Below are positions 35,043 to 48,288 of a DNA stretch of 55,082 nt, piece after piece. The translations under genes were made by a program, and so were the position numbers. A model generated the notes under the pieces. That model saw only the letters and a program-made list of their open reading frames with translations. It ran no database searches and had not been told where the DNA came from. The DNA lies in assembly GCA_000708835.1 (NCBI GenBank), contig DF237159.1, positions 2,466 through 57,547 of the forward strand, in the 5' to 3' direction. This stretch comes from Klebsormidium nitens. Lineage: Eukaryota > Plantae > Klebsormidiophyceae. Each line of letters starts with the position of its first letter. Position 1 is the first letter of the stretch.

Positions 35043-37005
35043 GTATACTGATGGCCTCCACGCTCTTCAGATGGTTTTTCTTCTACAATGCGCGCAGTAT
35101 TTCGGTACCACTACGGTATCATTCTACACGTACGACACAATTGTTGACATCAGTCAGCTGAAGTTCTTTCAGAGAGCAACAGGGTTCTGACTTCCGCATT
35201 GAGCGGTTCTGCCTGCGCACTTTCTCTTCGTGCCAACCAACATGGCCGCCCTGCCTCATGAGCCTGCAAACCTAGCCGCTAGCGCCCTGGCCTGCTGACC
35301 GCATGAGCACAAATGGTCAGCTAAATGTTGAACGAAGTCTGCCATGAATCATGATCATGGTGCTCATGCATGCTTCTGTCAGGTATCATGTATGTGGGGT
35401 CGCGCCATTTTTGCAAATTGCCAATTGGCGACTTTGCGCGCGGAGGATTCACACTTTCTCGCAGTCAGGGGTTAAAATCTGAACTTCTATGAACTTCACA
35501 TACTGCGACCGGTGGTAACCGCAGGGTTATTAGATGAAAACTGCTTGCATGGCCAAGCCAACAAAAGCTGAGGGGAAATACGCTCCAGCTTCATGTGGCA
35601 AGCGGCGCGTATGAGGCGGGGGCATGCAACCTTCGAACGACATTCATCATTTCATGTATGGTCCATGGAGCAGGAAAGTTGCTCATGGCAGCATTCTGTT
35701 GTCCCTATCCTCTGATCCATGGGGTTCAATCACGCAAGTGGCGGCTCAGAGATGCTCGAACAGAATGCCAGGATTGAGATTTTTAAGTCACCAATCTGGT
35801 TGAAAGCGCTCAGAGCCCTCTCATTCGCAACCCTCTGAGGAAGATGCAAATCTGAAAACAGCTACGCGCATGGTGGATCACAGTGACCTGTAAGAAGCGG
35901 GTGAGTCTGGACATATTGTGTGGATGTCTGCACCAGCTTTGACGTACTTTTGCCGGTTGTGAGTAGTTGGGGGAAAGTTAGGGTTTGGTACACTATGAGC
36001 GTGTAGGGGCAAGGTTGGTCTTCATTTTGATGGCTGGTTGAGGCTCCGTTTTGTGCGCCTGTGGGAGGGGGTTCTCTTTGAGAAGCTCCAAAGCTGGAAG
36101 ATGTCTGCCCTTTCACTAAACTTTCTTAAGGCGGATTGATGTTCAATCCAACCTACTCCAATTGCATAGAAGCCTTTGAGACCAGAGCCAGGTGAAGGTT
36201 GGCAGTCATATCCCCAAGGGTTTCCAACTTTCCAGCATAACCGTGGAAATTTTGTTTCCTGCACGCCAATTTAAAGGGGGGATGGAGAAGAGGAGGATCA
36301 GTCCATGTATGGTTGACATACAGTGGCTGACAGACTTTTTGGGCATTCTTGCATGGGTTTTTTGGGGATTGGCCAGCATCTCTTCAGAGATGTCCATGAC
36401 GCGTCTGGGTAAAAGCTATTGCCTCAGAGCTCCAAGGGTCATGGAAAAGGAAGTCTTGACTCTAAGCTGAAACTCTTGGGGCTTGAAGAGCTCCAGAGCT
36501 TGGATGGTCCATCATTGAGTCGTCGTTCTGCAAAAGCAATGGGAATCGATTTCAAGAAAGTAGCCTCTGATTCTGGTAAACGGAAGACAAAATGGGCTGT
36601 TCCCTCTACTGCCCCATGTATTGTTTCTTGTGCATATTCCTGACCCCACACAAGTGTCTGACAAGTTAATTCATTTCATCATACTAGATCTGATCTGCCT
36701 TGTCCTAGCATTGCGATTATGGGGAAGGGAGTAGTAGTTTGTGATGGTCAACTGAGCTTCCTATCATGAAGCTGGTCCCCAGCTCCTTATCGGGGTCGTC
36801 CGGCCCCACCTCAACCTTTCTCTTGTCTTTCCCAAGAACTCCGCTGTCCTACTCTGCACCTACCGAAGAGCCTTCCACTGCCTGGTACCAACTTTTATCC
36901 ACAAAAAAGCATTTTGTGTATCCAGGTTCATGCTTGACTCCTACAAAATGAAAGAGGTTTTCGCTGCGGGTTAACCAGGAAGTTATCTGCAGGTAGTTAA
37001 CCAAC

Positions 37006-40000
37006 ATGGCTGGAGTTGCGGCGGCCACTGCTGCAGGGGCGGCCCTTTTCCTGTACTACTCTGGCCGCTCCACCAATCGCCCCCCCTGGCCTCTCAAACT
37101 GCTCAGAGGAGCCCCACCGAATGGTCCCCAAACGGAGGAAGAGGAGTCTGCTCATGGGCGCTCACCAGGTGGGTTAGAAATCTGCATGGTTAGTAATAAC
37201 TCAAAACCAAGGCTCACCAGGTGAGAAAAGATATGCGTGGTTATCATGAACTTAAAACCACGGCCCATCACGTCAGTTGAGATTTGCATGGTTAGAATTA
37301 ATTCAGAGTCAAGTTTACCGAGGTGGGTTGCGACGTGCGCTGTTATCGTCAGTTGAATATCAAGTTTCAAGGTCAGACTTTACTTAGTGCTGTTGGAAGC
37401 TGGAGGCTCTGGGGCTGTCTGATTGAAAGACAGAACTTAGCTCAGCCAGTTGAATGAGTCGGCGTCGCTAGGGAGATGATGCTGAGAAACATCTATGGGT
37501 GCCCAAGTCATGGTTCGAACAATCCGAATGCAGCTTATTGTCACTGGGCTTTTCAGTAACCAGGTGAAACGCGAGCCTTGGCATAGAGCGAAGTTTCTCG
37601 GCGACTTATCTTGATCAGGCCGAGGTATCCCAGGGCCACTTTTGGCCAAGGTCGTTGAAATTACAGAGTGTGCGTTTCGTATCAGTTTGAGCACTTCGAA
37701 TGTTACTTGGCTGCTTCATGGTAATCTTGTATCTATCCTAATGCAGCCTTTTCAACATTTCCAAACCGAAGCTGTGAGGTATTACGATCCAACCATTTAC
37801 GCATTTTCTATCGTAACGACCAACTTTGCCAGGTGGCAGCTTCCGGGCAAAGCCGTGGCGGCCCCCCTCCGCATGGGCCGAGGCGGTGGCGACTCTGGGG
37901 GAGACGCTCCGGTTCACGTATAGTGAGACATTAGGCAAATGGCCGTTGGTAGACCTGGCGTTTGGGATCAACTGGCTCACAAGAACTAAGGTGTGGTGAA
38001 CCATAAAACTCGTCAAGTTCTTACATTCTGGGTATGTATGTTCGAATTTCGCTTCTTCATCGAGTTGTCCAGATGTTGGTCGATCGGCCGTTGATGGACC
38101 TAGCGTGTGAGATCAACTCGCTGACAAGGACAAAGGTGGGGTCAAGTAGTGACTTTAGAATTCTGCCAGTTTTCGGGATTGGCGTTTTGGAAATCTGCTT
38201 CCTGAGGTATCTAGATGTCGTTGAAGTGGCGTTTGTGGATCTGGCCTTTGGTATCGACTGGCTCACAAGAACTGAGGTGGGCGCTTTTCGAAAATCGGAC
38301 CTTTAGCTTATTTCATTCTGTCGTTTCACCCCTCGCCGCCGCTCACGATGCCACAACCGCACCTCCAAAGGAGAGAAGCAGCGAGAATCCTGACATGCCT
38401 AGTCCCTTCTGTCCGTCGTTTTCCCTGGGCCTCACCGATGATGCTGGTTTCGCCGATCCCGTCACCAATCTTCTGACGCCTTGATCAAGCTTGTGACGGG
38501 AGAATCGTGCTAGACCCTGCATGATAATTTTGGTTTCTCGTTTCTTTGTTCAGGGCCAATCGGACGTCGCAGCGGTCTATGCCGGTCCCGGCAGCGTGCA
38601 ATCTTGTCACCATGTCCCGCTTAGTCGTCGTGAAGCCTGAACCGCAGTTTGCAATGGGAGAAGCAGCAGTAGATACCACCGTGCCTAGGCACATTCTGGC
38701 AGATCTCGACTTTAGGAACCCTCAGCATCAGGAATACTAAGCTCCCAGCTGACACCAAACCCGAAATCTGCCTGCTCCGCAACACGCACCCAGCCTGAAT
38801 CTTGAAACTTACCCCACTCGTCCCGAACTTACTTTCCCGTCAAATCCGGTTGCTGAACTCCATAGATCATCGATCCCCTTTCCTTCTCCAGGGCCACACC
38901 GACGTAGCAGCGGTCTACGCTGGCCCCGGCAGCGTGCAACTGCGCGGCCCTGACGCCATCGCCCATATTCAGGAGCTCCTGCGCCTGCTGAACATATGCA
39001 TTCTATTCAAGCGGCCGTTCCCCATCTTCCTGGAGAGCACCGGGTTTAAGGCGGACCAGATCCTTCTGCGCGAAGGAACTGCCGGGGTAAGCCTGTGGCA
39101 CGTGTCTCGTTTTGTTTAAGGGGGATTTTGGGAATGGTTCACTGGTTCGGTCCCGTGAGACTGCATAGAGCCGTAGGACTGCGTAGAGTCGGGTGAGGGA
39201 ATCAGCAAAGTTGTAAAGAATGTTGGCTTCATTGGGACGTCTAACTTGAGTGACTATATCGAGTTCAAAGCGGACCAGATCCGTCTGCGCGAAGGAACTG
39301 CCGGGGTAAGCCTGTGGCACTTGTCTGAAGCACTGCTTCAAAGGAACGATGCATTTAGGAGACCCACCGCTTCAGTTGTCTTGGAGGAGAATAGCGAGCC
39401 CTTGGGAGACGAAAACGCCTCCCCTCGAATCTTTGATCTCATAGCTCAAGCTTCTTATTTAGTCACTGCTCGGTCGGTGACTAGATGACGTTGTGGGAGT
39501 TGGGGTGCGACGGGCCCGTTAATCCTTCCCCTCGAGACGTCGGTTTAGAGCGTTTTCTGTGTTTTGATGGGTGGTGCTCTTGTTGGATATACCGAGGAAC
39601 GAGAAGTAAAGTCTGCTAGCCGTCAGAACATGTACTTACCTGATAGCAATCTCGCATGGTAGAGTCTACCAGGAATCCTAACGTTTATTTGTCAGGCTCA
39701 TCTGACGCGCTTGACAATCGGTAACAAGCAGACGAGGACTAGGACCTGATTTACGACACGAAAAGTGGGGAAGTGGACAGGTGATATGCGCGTTGGAGCA
39801 GAATGAACCACACCGGTCACATCCGAAGCGAGACCGTCCAGTAGCTGCTCCGCTAAGCCCACATTCATGGTCCTGCAGTGCTTGGAAAATTCAAACGGAT
39901 CTGACTTTCGCGATTGGTGGCTCTCGCGCAGCTGCTGAAGCCAGCTTTTGTGGTCATTCGGGACGACGCGAACAAGACGGTGCTGCTGATCATTCGGGGC

Positions 40001-43000
40001 ACATACTCCATGAAGGACACTCTGACCGCGGTGACAGGTGAGCAAACGGGGTTTGGTGATCTTTCGCCGTTTGGAGCTACCTCATCTGCTGTTGTTTTCG
40101 ACCCCGGAAGTGCCCATGTCAGCCAGTAGCGTGCGTGCGGTCACAGTTTGTTAACGGAGCTATCTTTCCAGATTACGCACTTCTTCTTTCTCTCGTTTAT
40201 GATCGTTCTTATCGTAGGATCACGCTTGGCCCTTGTGGATGAAGCTCGTTTGCTCTGAGAATCGCGACTGCGACCGCAAAGGGTAAAGGCATGCCTGCTT
40301 TCCTCCCCGTAGAGCAGTGATCGTCGCTCCATCTCCGCTTTGAACTTCTTAATGCCGGGTTTTGCCTTGTAGTACTTCCCAGGATTGGTCCTATAATAAA
40401 TTTTCCTGACTTTCCTGCCACCCCTCTGTCCTTGTTACTTTCCCATTTGGGGGTGTCCCCGCACCCCGCACTTCTCGCCTTATCTCAGCACACTCCCCGC
40501 CCTTGCGTGCAGGCTCCAGCGTCCCGTACCACCACATCGTGACACGTGTCCCGCCCTCCGGGAAAGGTGACGTCATCGTCGACCGCGTGGTCACTGGCCA
40601 CGCCCACTGCGGCATGGTGGCGTCTGCCCGGTGGATCGGGCAACGGGCCGCGGGGGTCATGGAGGAGGTTTTGAAAGCTAACCCGGGTTACCGGTTGAAA
40701 ATCGTGGGGCACAGTTTGGGAGGCGGGACCGCGTCGCTGCTCGCATACAGTCTGCGGGAGAAGGCGTGCTTCGGAGGAACGGAGGTCGTCGCTTTTGCGC
40801 CAGGTGAGGCATTAGTTCGGGCTTTTCATCGGTGACGCCTGACTATGATTGTGAGGGTTCTAGTGAGGGCTCCATGGGCAAGATCCTGCTACGGTTCGTT
40901 GGGTTGTCCGTCACGAATCCGTCGTTTTCAACGTTCACCATGCTTTGGGAATGGCTGGATTGCAAAAGCGTGTGAATTCGAAGTACGCTTTTTCTGATGG
41001 TAAAACTGCTTGCCCAAGCGAGCTCGAAAAAGCAAGCTGGCTTGAGAGGCGGGGTGAAGAGCTTCGATGCGTCACCTTCATTGTCGACATTCAGGAACAT
41101 TTTAGTGGTTCGAGAAGGCGAGCGTCCTTCGAGCAGACGCCATCTGTCTTCTGTGGCCGTTTGCAAACGCCATCTTGCTTCTTCTGGGGCGAGAGACCAG
41201 CGGCTGAAATTATTTCTCGAAACCCAAAAACATACAAACCGACACTCCAGGCACTCCGCACCCATACCCACACTAAGCTTCCAAATGATCACCGAGGCCT
41301 TCAATCTATGCTGCGTCAGGTCAATATTATTTGCAGGCCTGAAGTCTTACCTCCCTCCACGGGCCCCCTTCCCAGTTCTTAAGTCACCCTCGTAACCATC
41401 CTCATGTACCTTCTACTCCGCATCCTTTCCTTGAGCATTCTTTGTTTCACCCTCACCTGACCTCTGTCTCTTGCCAGCCGCCTGCATGACGTGGGACCTG
41501 TCCGAGTCGGGCCGCCCCTTCGGCAAGTCTGTCACCGACGGTTTTCGTCTCGCTCACCCTTTCTTCGAGATTTTCAGCCGATGCCTAACCCGGAAATTAA
41601 CCCGGGTTCCTTCTTTCTCCAGCTGCCTGCATGACGTGGGACCTGTCCGAGTCGGGCCGCCCCTTCGTCACGTCCGTCATCAACGGCTTCGACCTGGTGC
41701 CCACTTTCTCCTGCGCGTCCGTCGACGACCTCCGGGCTGACGTCACCGCTTCCGCCTGGTGGCCGGAGTTCCGCTCCCAGATGGACCAGATCCGCGTGCT
41801 CCGCCTGCTTATGGGTGGCGCGGACCTTATGGGCCGGGGGCTCAGCCAACTCGGTCACGTGCCGTCGCTTATCGGTAACAGCGCCGGGGTTGTCTGGCGA
41901 CCCGTTTCGTCGGGCGCTAGGACTGCGGTCTCGGCGGTTGCGAGCGTGCGGCCGAAGTTGAGCTGGAGCGGGCTCGCGTGCGGGGGGGTACGAAATAGGG
42001 TGAATACGCCACCCCCGATCCCGGAGGAGCACCCCCCCGAACCGGGGGAGGGTGGGTTCGTGATGGAAATGGAGAGAGAGGGGGGGGCGGAAGTTCGAGA
42101 AAACTTGGGGGGAGTGATCGGTTCGCTTTCAAGGTCACAGTCGGTTGGGAACCTGTCGGAGGGAGGAACCAGCTCGGGCGAAGGGACGCCGCGGCACAGC
42201 CGGTCGCGGTCGGTGTCGCGAATAGACCTGACGCGGCAAGAGGAAGTCACAGGTGGGCGGTCATCCTCGAACTTGAATAAATATTCTCACTGAATGTTCT
42301 AAGTTGTAGTTTTTTGTATCTTGGGGTTCATGGCATGTGCCACGTCGTGAGGGATGTTGACAAGGCCAGTTGGACCAACGGGAGCCTCAAACACGCCTTG
42401 CCGGTTTGATTCTTCATTCCAGAAGGTTCTCGAGGGACTATTCATCCGTTCCTCGCAGGCCTTCCCTTTTATTCAAGTAACGAGGAACCTCAGAGCCGCT
42501 TCGACCACAGTTTTGAATGGTCTTCGCTTTCAGACGATCTCTCAGCAGTTACAGAACTTATTATTATGCAGCCTTTTGCTAGGTTCGTCAATTACGTTGC
42601 TGGCAGGGTCCAATGGACAGGCGACTCATCCTTTCTGTAAAAGCCGATGAGAATGGAAGGATTTCCGATACCCACGGCCTCCGAACGACATCAGGAAGCA
42701 GACCGCTCGAGGCGGAAGAAGTAGGCACTCATTTTGGAAGTTTCCGGCCTTGAGTATTGAAAGAATGTTTCCAATCTTGCAGGCCTTGCCGCGATTTTGA
42801 ACGACGTGGGCAGGCAAACCGCTCGCGACGAAGGGATCAACGACTCGGACGATGAGGAAGAGGAGGCGGCCTCGATCCGTTCCGACGCCAGCGGACTCGA
42901 CCGGATGCAGGCGGAACTCGAGGCCTTGCAAGCGGAGCTCGACGCCAAAGACGAGGGGGAAAGATTGTCGTTAGGGATAGAAACAGGGCCTCTTGAAACG

Positions 43001-43843
43001 GTAGACGGTTTGGAGAACGAGAGCGAAGAGGAACCGGTGAAAAGAGCAGTGGGTTCGGAGGAGTGGCTCCAGGAGAAGACCCGCTTTTTTCCCCCGGGGA
43101 AGATTATGCACATTGTGCGGGGCCCGAGGGGTGCTCGGGACGAGCCGTCCAAGCAGGGGTTTCAGGCGGAGGGCTCAGGAGACGGAAACGGAACCGGAAC
43201 CGGAACCGGAAACGGAACCAGTCTTCCGGAAGGAAAGGGAGCGGTGCCGCCCAAGTTCTCCTTTGCCGCGGAGCTGATGCGGGCGTGGAGGCCGCAAGCC
43301 GTTCCCGACGCTAAGCCCCGTGAGGGCGAGCCGGAAAACTCGGAAGAGGTTCCGTTCTTCTGCCGGGACGTGAAGCTAGATGTCGGGGACGAAATTGAGG
43401 TGGATGCGGCCGTGATTGAGGAAGGGCTGCCGTTGAGCTCGGGCTTTGGGAGCCCCATTGAAATCGAGGATCGTTCCAGGGGCGAAAGCGGGATCGAAGG
43501 TGGAAACGAGGGAACGACTTCAAGTAGAAATCCGCTGGAAGGCGCTTCCGCGAAACACGAACCGTTCGTTTTGCGGAAGCGGAAGGAAAGTGAGCAGGAA
43601 GCGGAACAGCTAGGAAATGGTACTTCGACTTCTTCGACGGGAGAGAAAGGTGGAACAACGGCGGAGTCGTCAAGTGCGAGTCACAACGAACGGGAGGAAA
43701 GTTTTGTGTACCGCCTCTTTTCGACGGATAAGAAGCTGTACGGAAAGATCTGGCTGTCTCGGAGCATGGTGATGGACCATTATATGCCCCATTATAGGCG
43801 GTGCTTGCAAGAAGCACTTGTAGCATTGGAGCAAGACCATTGA
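37006..43843 (+). CDS. Class-3 lipase (mono-/di-acylglycerol lipase N-terminal domain + Lipase_3), 867 aa
   Basis: Exons 37006-37168, 37833-37990, 38892-39086, 39932-40037, 40513-40803, 41623-42252, 42783-43843 (2604 nt, in frame). Motifs ATAAGAALFLYY, ETLRFTYSETLGKWPLVDLAFGI, LLKPAF..IRGTYSMKDTLTA, GHAHCGMV, GHSLGGG (nucleophile), AACMTWDL, NGFDLVPTFS, MVMDHYMPHY. Confidence 0.93.
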
Positions 43844-46182
43844 TTCTTTAGTACCCTAGGTTTTGAAGCTTGTCGAGGAGCAGTGCAAATTTCTAGAGAG
43901 CTTAAGTTAGGACGTTGTATAAACCATAGCGGATTTTATTTACATTCCATATTCTGGAATGAGAAGCGGCGCAAGTCAAGGAGGCAGCTTGACTGTACAG
44001 TCCCTAAATCAGTTGCGGACCACACCAACCGTTATTCTTCTTATCGGATCGACTTGAGCAAACGATCACGCTAAGAGAAGAACATGCATGTCGTTTACAT
44101 TCCTCCCTGCCTTGTTTACTTTTGTGATGATGGTTGTTATGGGCATTCTGGCAATAGAACATGGAATCAAGCTGCAATAATGTCTCCTGCCCGCTCTCGG
44201 CACATCCCGTCGCATGGTGAATCGTTCTTTCAGCTTCTTCATTGCTTTCACCTTTTCTTTCATCAGACTCGAGGGGCTCTCTTTCAATCTTCAAGCGCAA
44301 GGATGGCTGCTGCGTCAATTCATGCGATCTTTAAGGTTCAGAAGTTTTTGCGACCAAAACCACCGGAGAAGCCGTCCAGGCGTGCATGATACATACATAT
44401 AGCAGGAGGAGAAGGCGGTCAGGGCGGCAGAACGCGTCACCCTGGCCGCAACGTCCCTCGCAGCTTTCGACCACAGGCTGCCAAACTGGAAAGCCTTTCA
44501 AAGGAGACTTCTGAAATATCTCGTGGAGAAGGGCTGGCTGGGGTCCACTCACCCCACGCCTCTACAAGCAATCAGACTCTTGCAGGAGCAAATTGCTTGA
44601 ACAAACGGAGGGGCCTGGCTGGGGCCCACACTCTCTGTGCAATTGCAATAGCGAGGTCCACCATCGGGCACGTAAATTCTTCCCTCAACCCACTATAGCT
44701 TATATAAATGAGTCATTTTTAAGTCGCCAGCAAGCCAAAATAAGCATACGAAACGCTGCAAATGGTTCTCTGAACGTGATGGTGCATGTTCTTGATGGCC
44801 GGTAAATTTGAAGTTGGGCTCATGAGTCTAGCGCATGTCCTTCGCCAAAGGTACCTGACCGTTTGGAAAATGGACTTTCAAAAGGCTGATCCAGCACATG
44901 CATGTTCACATGCTCTTCAATACAACATCGTTGCCAATATGGGGCCCCCATGTGCAAAACCGTACCAGCTGCGAACATCGGGCACCTTTTCTGAGCTTCA
45001 ACACAACGATTATCTGCGTGTTGATTGACTGGACTTGAAACCATAGGCCACACATGCATTAGATGTCAACAGTCGCCACAAAGCAGCTCAGAAAGCAGAC
45101 CATTCCTTCAGTAAGCGGATATTTGGCAACCATGTGTTACACAAGGTCCCTTCACGCACAACTGAACACACCTACACTGGGATCGTGCAGGCCAATTGAG
45201 GATGCGCGCGTAAAGTGAATTTTTCTGAACATTACAATTAGCAAATCAAGCGCAGACAAAAGGGCACCGGACATCACAAGAAGAAACAAAGACCAGAGTA
45301 CAAGAAGCGATGTTTAGATATGACGCAGGTCATAATCATATAGGAGCTACGCTATCTGCAACAGAAGCGAGGGGTAGAACGGAGCGGAGGCCCAGAACCA
45401 GGAAATCACGAAAGAATGCAGCCCCGCTCAATGGTGCACCAAGTCCCTGTACCGTATCCGTCCAACATATGGGGCAAACCACAGTGACCATCCTACATAT
45501 AGTTCCCATATAGTCCCAAATCGAGAAGGCAAATCGAGAAGGCAAATCGAGCAGAGCAAGCAGCAGCAAGGGCATGAGGCCCCAGCAACCAGCAGCAACT
45601 TGGCCATGAGAAACATATACAGGCTATGCTCTTATATATGCAGGCTCCGCTTACATATGTGCTGGTCCAAGGATCGACAGCCTGGATCTCTGGCCACCAC
45701 AGGGCGTAGGCCTTGTCTGGATCCGTGGCGCCAATAATGGCCACCTGCTGCAGGAACTTCGCGTCACAGCTAACCGCTGCTCGCCGCCGAGCGTGCCTGC
45801 AAGATGGACCCATGGTTCCGCCCTCGTGCGTTCCTACCTCTTGTGCGCGTGCAGGCGTTCCTGGCTGTCTCAGACACCTTATGGATTTGGGCTCGAGTGG
45901 CTCGGATTGGCGCTAGCTTAGCTCGCGGCCTGGCGCGGCCGCGCATCGATGACAATCAACGAAGCTCAGGGTTTGGGCAGGGTTCGCGTTCAAATGTGGG
46001 TTACTGGGGGATAACTTGCCAGTTCTTATCAGATGAGTTATTGCTAACCCGACCTGCACCCCCAAAGCCGGCCGCGCAGGTTAAATTCCGCGCCCCATGG
46101 GCCCACCTGCTCAGGCTCCAGCTACGCAGCTCAGCTGCTCCTGCATTGGCATTTGGCAATTGGCGCACAAAAGGCGGCCACT

Positions 46183-48288
46183 ATGAGGACCTGTGCAGGC
46201 TGCAAAGCCACTGAGTATGCCAAGGAGCGAGACTTTCAGCGCTGTGGGCGGTGCAAGGTAGCTCTTTTAACCACTTACTGGCATGTCTTTGATGAAGACG
46301 TTGGATAAAACGACGGTGCAGAGCGGACCTTGTATGTTTGTTGCTCCTTTGTAGCGATGCCTTTGTTGAGGGCACGTTAGTGGACTTCAAGTCTTTGTCT
46401 CTGGTGCTGGCCTTGCAGATCTCTGATAAGCCATTGCTGAAGCTGCCAGCATTGTGATTGGTCTGACGGTTGAGTTCAATTGGTCTTCAAGAGAATCAAA
46501 TGCGGGATCACAAAAAGTGGAGTCTTCCAATGCCAGCAGTGACATTACGCAACTCACTGGATGCTTCAAGGAGTCTGAATCAGTGGTGCTTAGTTCCCCT
46601 TCATTATAGTACGTGCAACATGTTAGACCACATGAGACAATTGAGGCATTAGCACTGCACAACCACCGCCATTGCCTCCTTCAAGGCAAGCAGATGCTTA
46701 TGCTGAAGGTTCATTGTTCAGAATGATTAAAAGGTCTGTTGACCTGGCAACCATGCTTCCTTCAAGTTCCATGAGATGTGTGTCAGTGCTTGACGAAGAG
46801 TTCCCCCTTTTCAGGTGCCGTTCTATTGCAGCAAGGAGTGCCAGAGAGCTGACTGGCAGGTTCACAGGAAGATATGCAAGGAACTGAAGCAGAGAAAAGA
46901 AGCTGGGGAAGTCAAGAAATGTGGCCTTTGTGGAAATCGAGAGAGGCCGCTAACGAAGACGAAATGCTGCAATCACTGGATTTGTGACGACGCTCGAGAG
47001 TATCAGCTCTTCTCATACGACAAAAACTGCTGCTACAGGAATCACAAGAGGTGCGTGACCTAAAGGCAAAGTCAAATGCACTAGGAGTGCAGCCTATTTG
47101 ATTCGATTGAACGCGTTTGATGACTGTTGGGAAACTTGCTCACTCATGAAAATGCTGCCAGTCAAGGATGAAGTATAATGTGCCTTATTTTGACTATGTA
47201 TCAGTTTCTGACACTACCCTTCTTTTGATTCAGAATGGGCGGTTATTTTTCCAGGCTGTGCCCCTTTTGGCTTCTCCATTCAGGGGCTAGCACGTACCAT
47301 TCACGGGCTGTGCTTTTGTTTCCGCGCTGAATAGAAGGCATTCTAAACAGGAAGATCGGGTGAGGAGGGGAGGCTTGTGAGCTAAATGCAGTGCTTGAAT
47401 TTTTAATATCTATTGGCTCCTTACAGGTACACCTTGTGCGCCTCGCACCATGATGAGGGCCACGGAGGGGATTGGAGGACCTGCCAAACGTAAGTACCAA
47501 GCTTGTGTTCGCAGAGGCTAAGCTTGTCTTGTCCCCTTAATTGCTCTCCTGATTCTCTTCATTCCTCGGTGGGAGTTCCTCATTTTCTATCTTCTTGATT
47601 GCTCGCTTGCTACCTTCAATCTTTAGTAAGGTTCTTAAACGTGTCTCCCCTTAATTGTTCTCTTCTTTCGAAGAGTCTTGGCAAGAACTCTCCGTTATGT
47701 GTTGCTTTGATTGCTCTCCTACCACTCTTCATTTATCAGGAGAAGTTCTGTGACATTGGCTCGCCAACTGTTTTACCCTGAGCTTTTATACAGAAGTGAG
47801 TCAGTTGGCGGACATACAAAGCCTTCCCATGTAAAAAGCGCCGTACAGAAAGTATAGAAGGAGGCACCTATGCATTGCTGTCTGCCAACTTCAATTAAGC
47901 TTCAATGCCTTTGTGCACGAAAGGAAAGTGTGACTATGCTTGACATGGAGGACGAGCGCATCTTGCCTCCGTTTTCTTTGCATCCCCCCTCGAGTTGCTT
48001 TTGGCATGCTACCTTCAACCGACGCTGTGCAGGTGCAAGGACTACTTCCAAGATCCTTGGGAGTGGTGGTGGCGTGGCCGAAACTTCGACGACTTTCGAT
48101 CGCAGTACAACTTCGAAGTGCTTCCGGACACGATCCCCAAGCCCCCAATGCCGAGGTGTTCGGATTGCAATAGAGGGATCGACACGCGGCTGGAAGCGCA
48201 CTCGCTGGGTAGAACAGGCATTCTGTGCACGGGTTGCGTGGATCATGGCAGCACGCCTCCGTTGACTTACAGAATGGACGGGCATTAA
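46183..48288 (+). CDS. MYND-type zinc-finger protein with a C-terminal Cys/His-rich domain of unknown function (209 aa)
   Basis: Exons 46183-46257, 46815-47050, 47427-47489, 48033-48288 (630 nt, in frame). CAGC..CGRCKVPFYCSKECQRADWQVHRKIC is a MYND motif; then CGLCG..TKCCNHWICDD..FSY..NCCYRNHKRYTLCASHHDEGHGGDWRTCQTC..YNFE..RCSDC..LCTGC. Confidence 0.85.

Noticed and set aside
35330-36950. ORFs in the BTB/lipase divergent spacer
   Set aside because: Short, no homologous motifs, no consistent splice chain.
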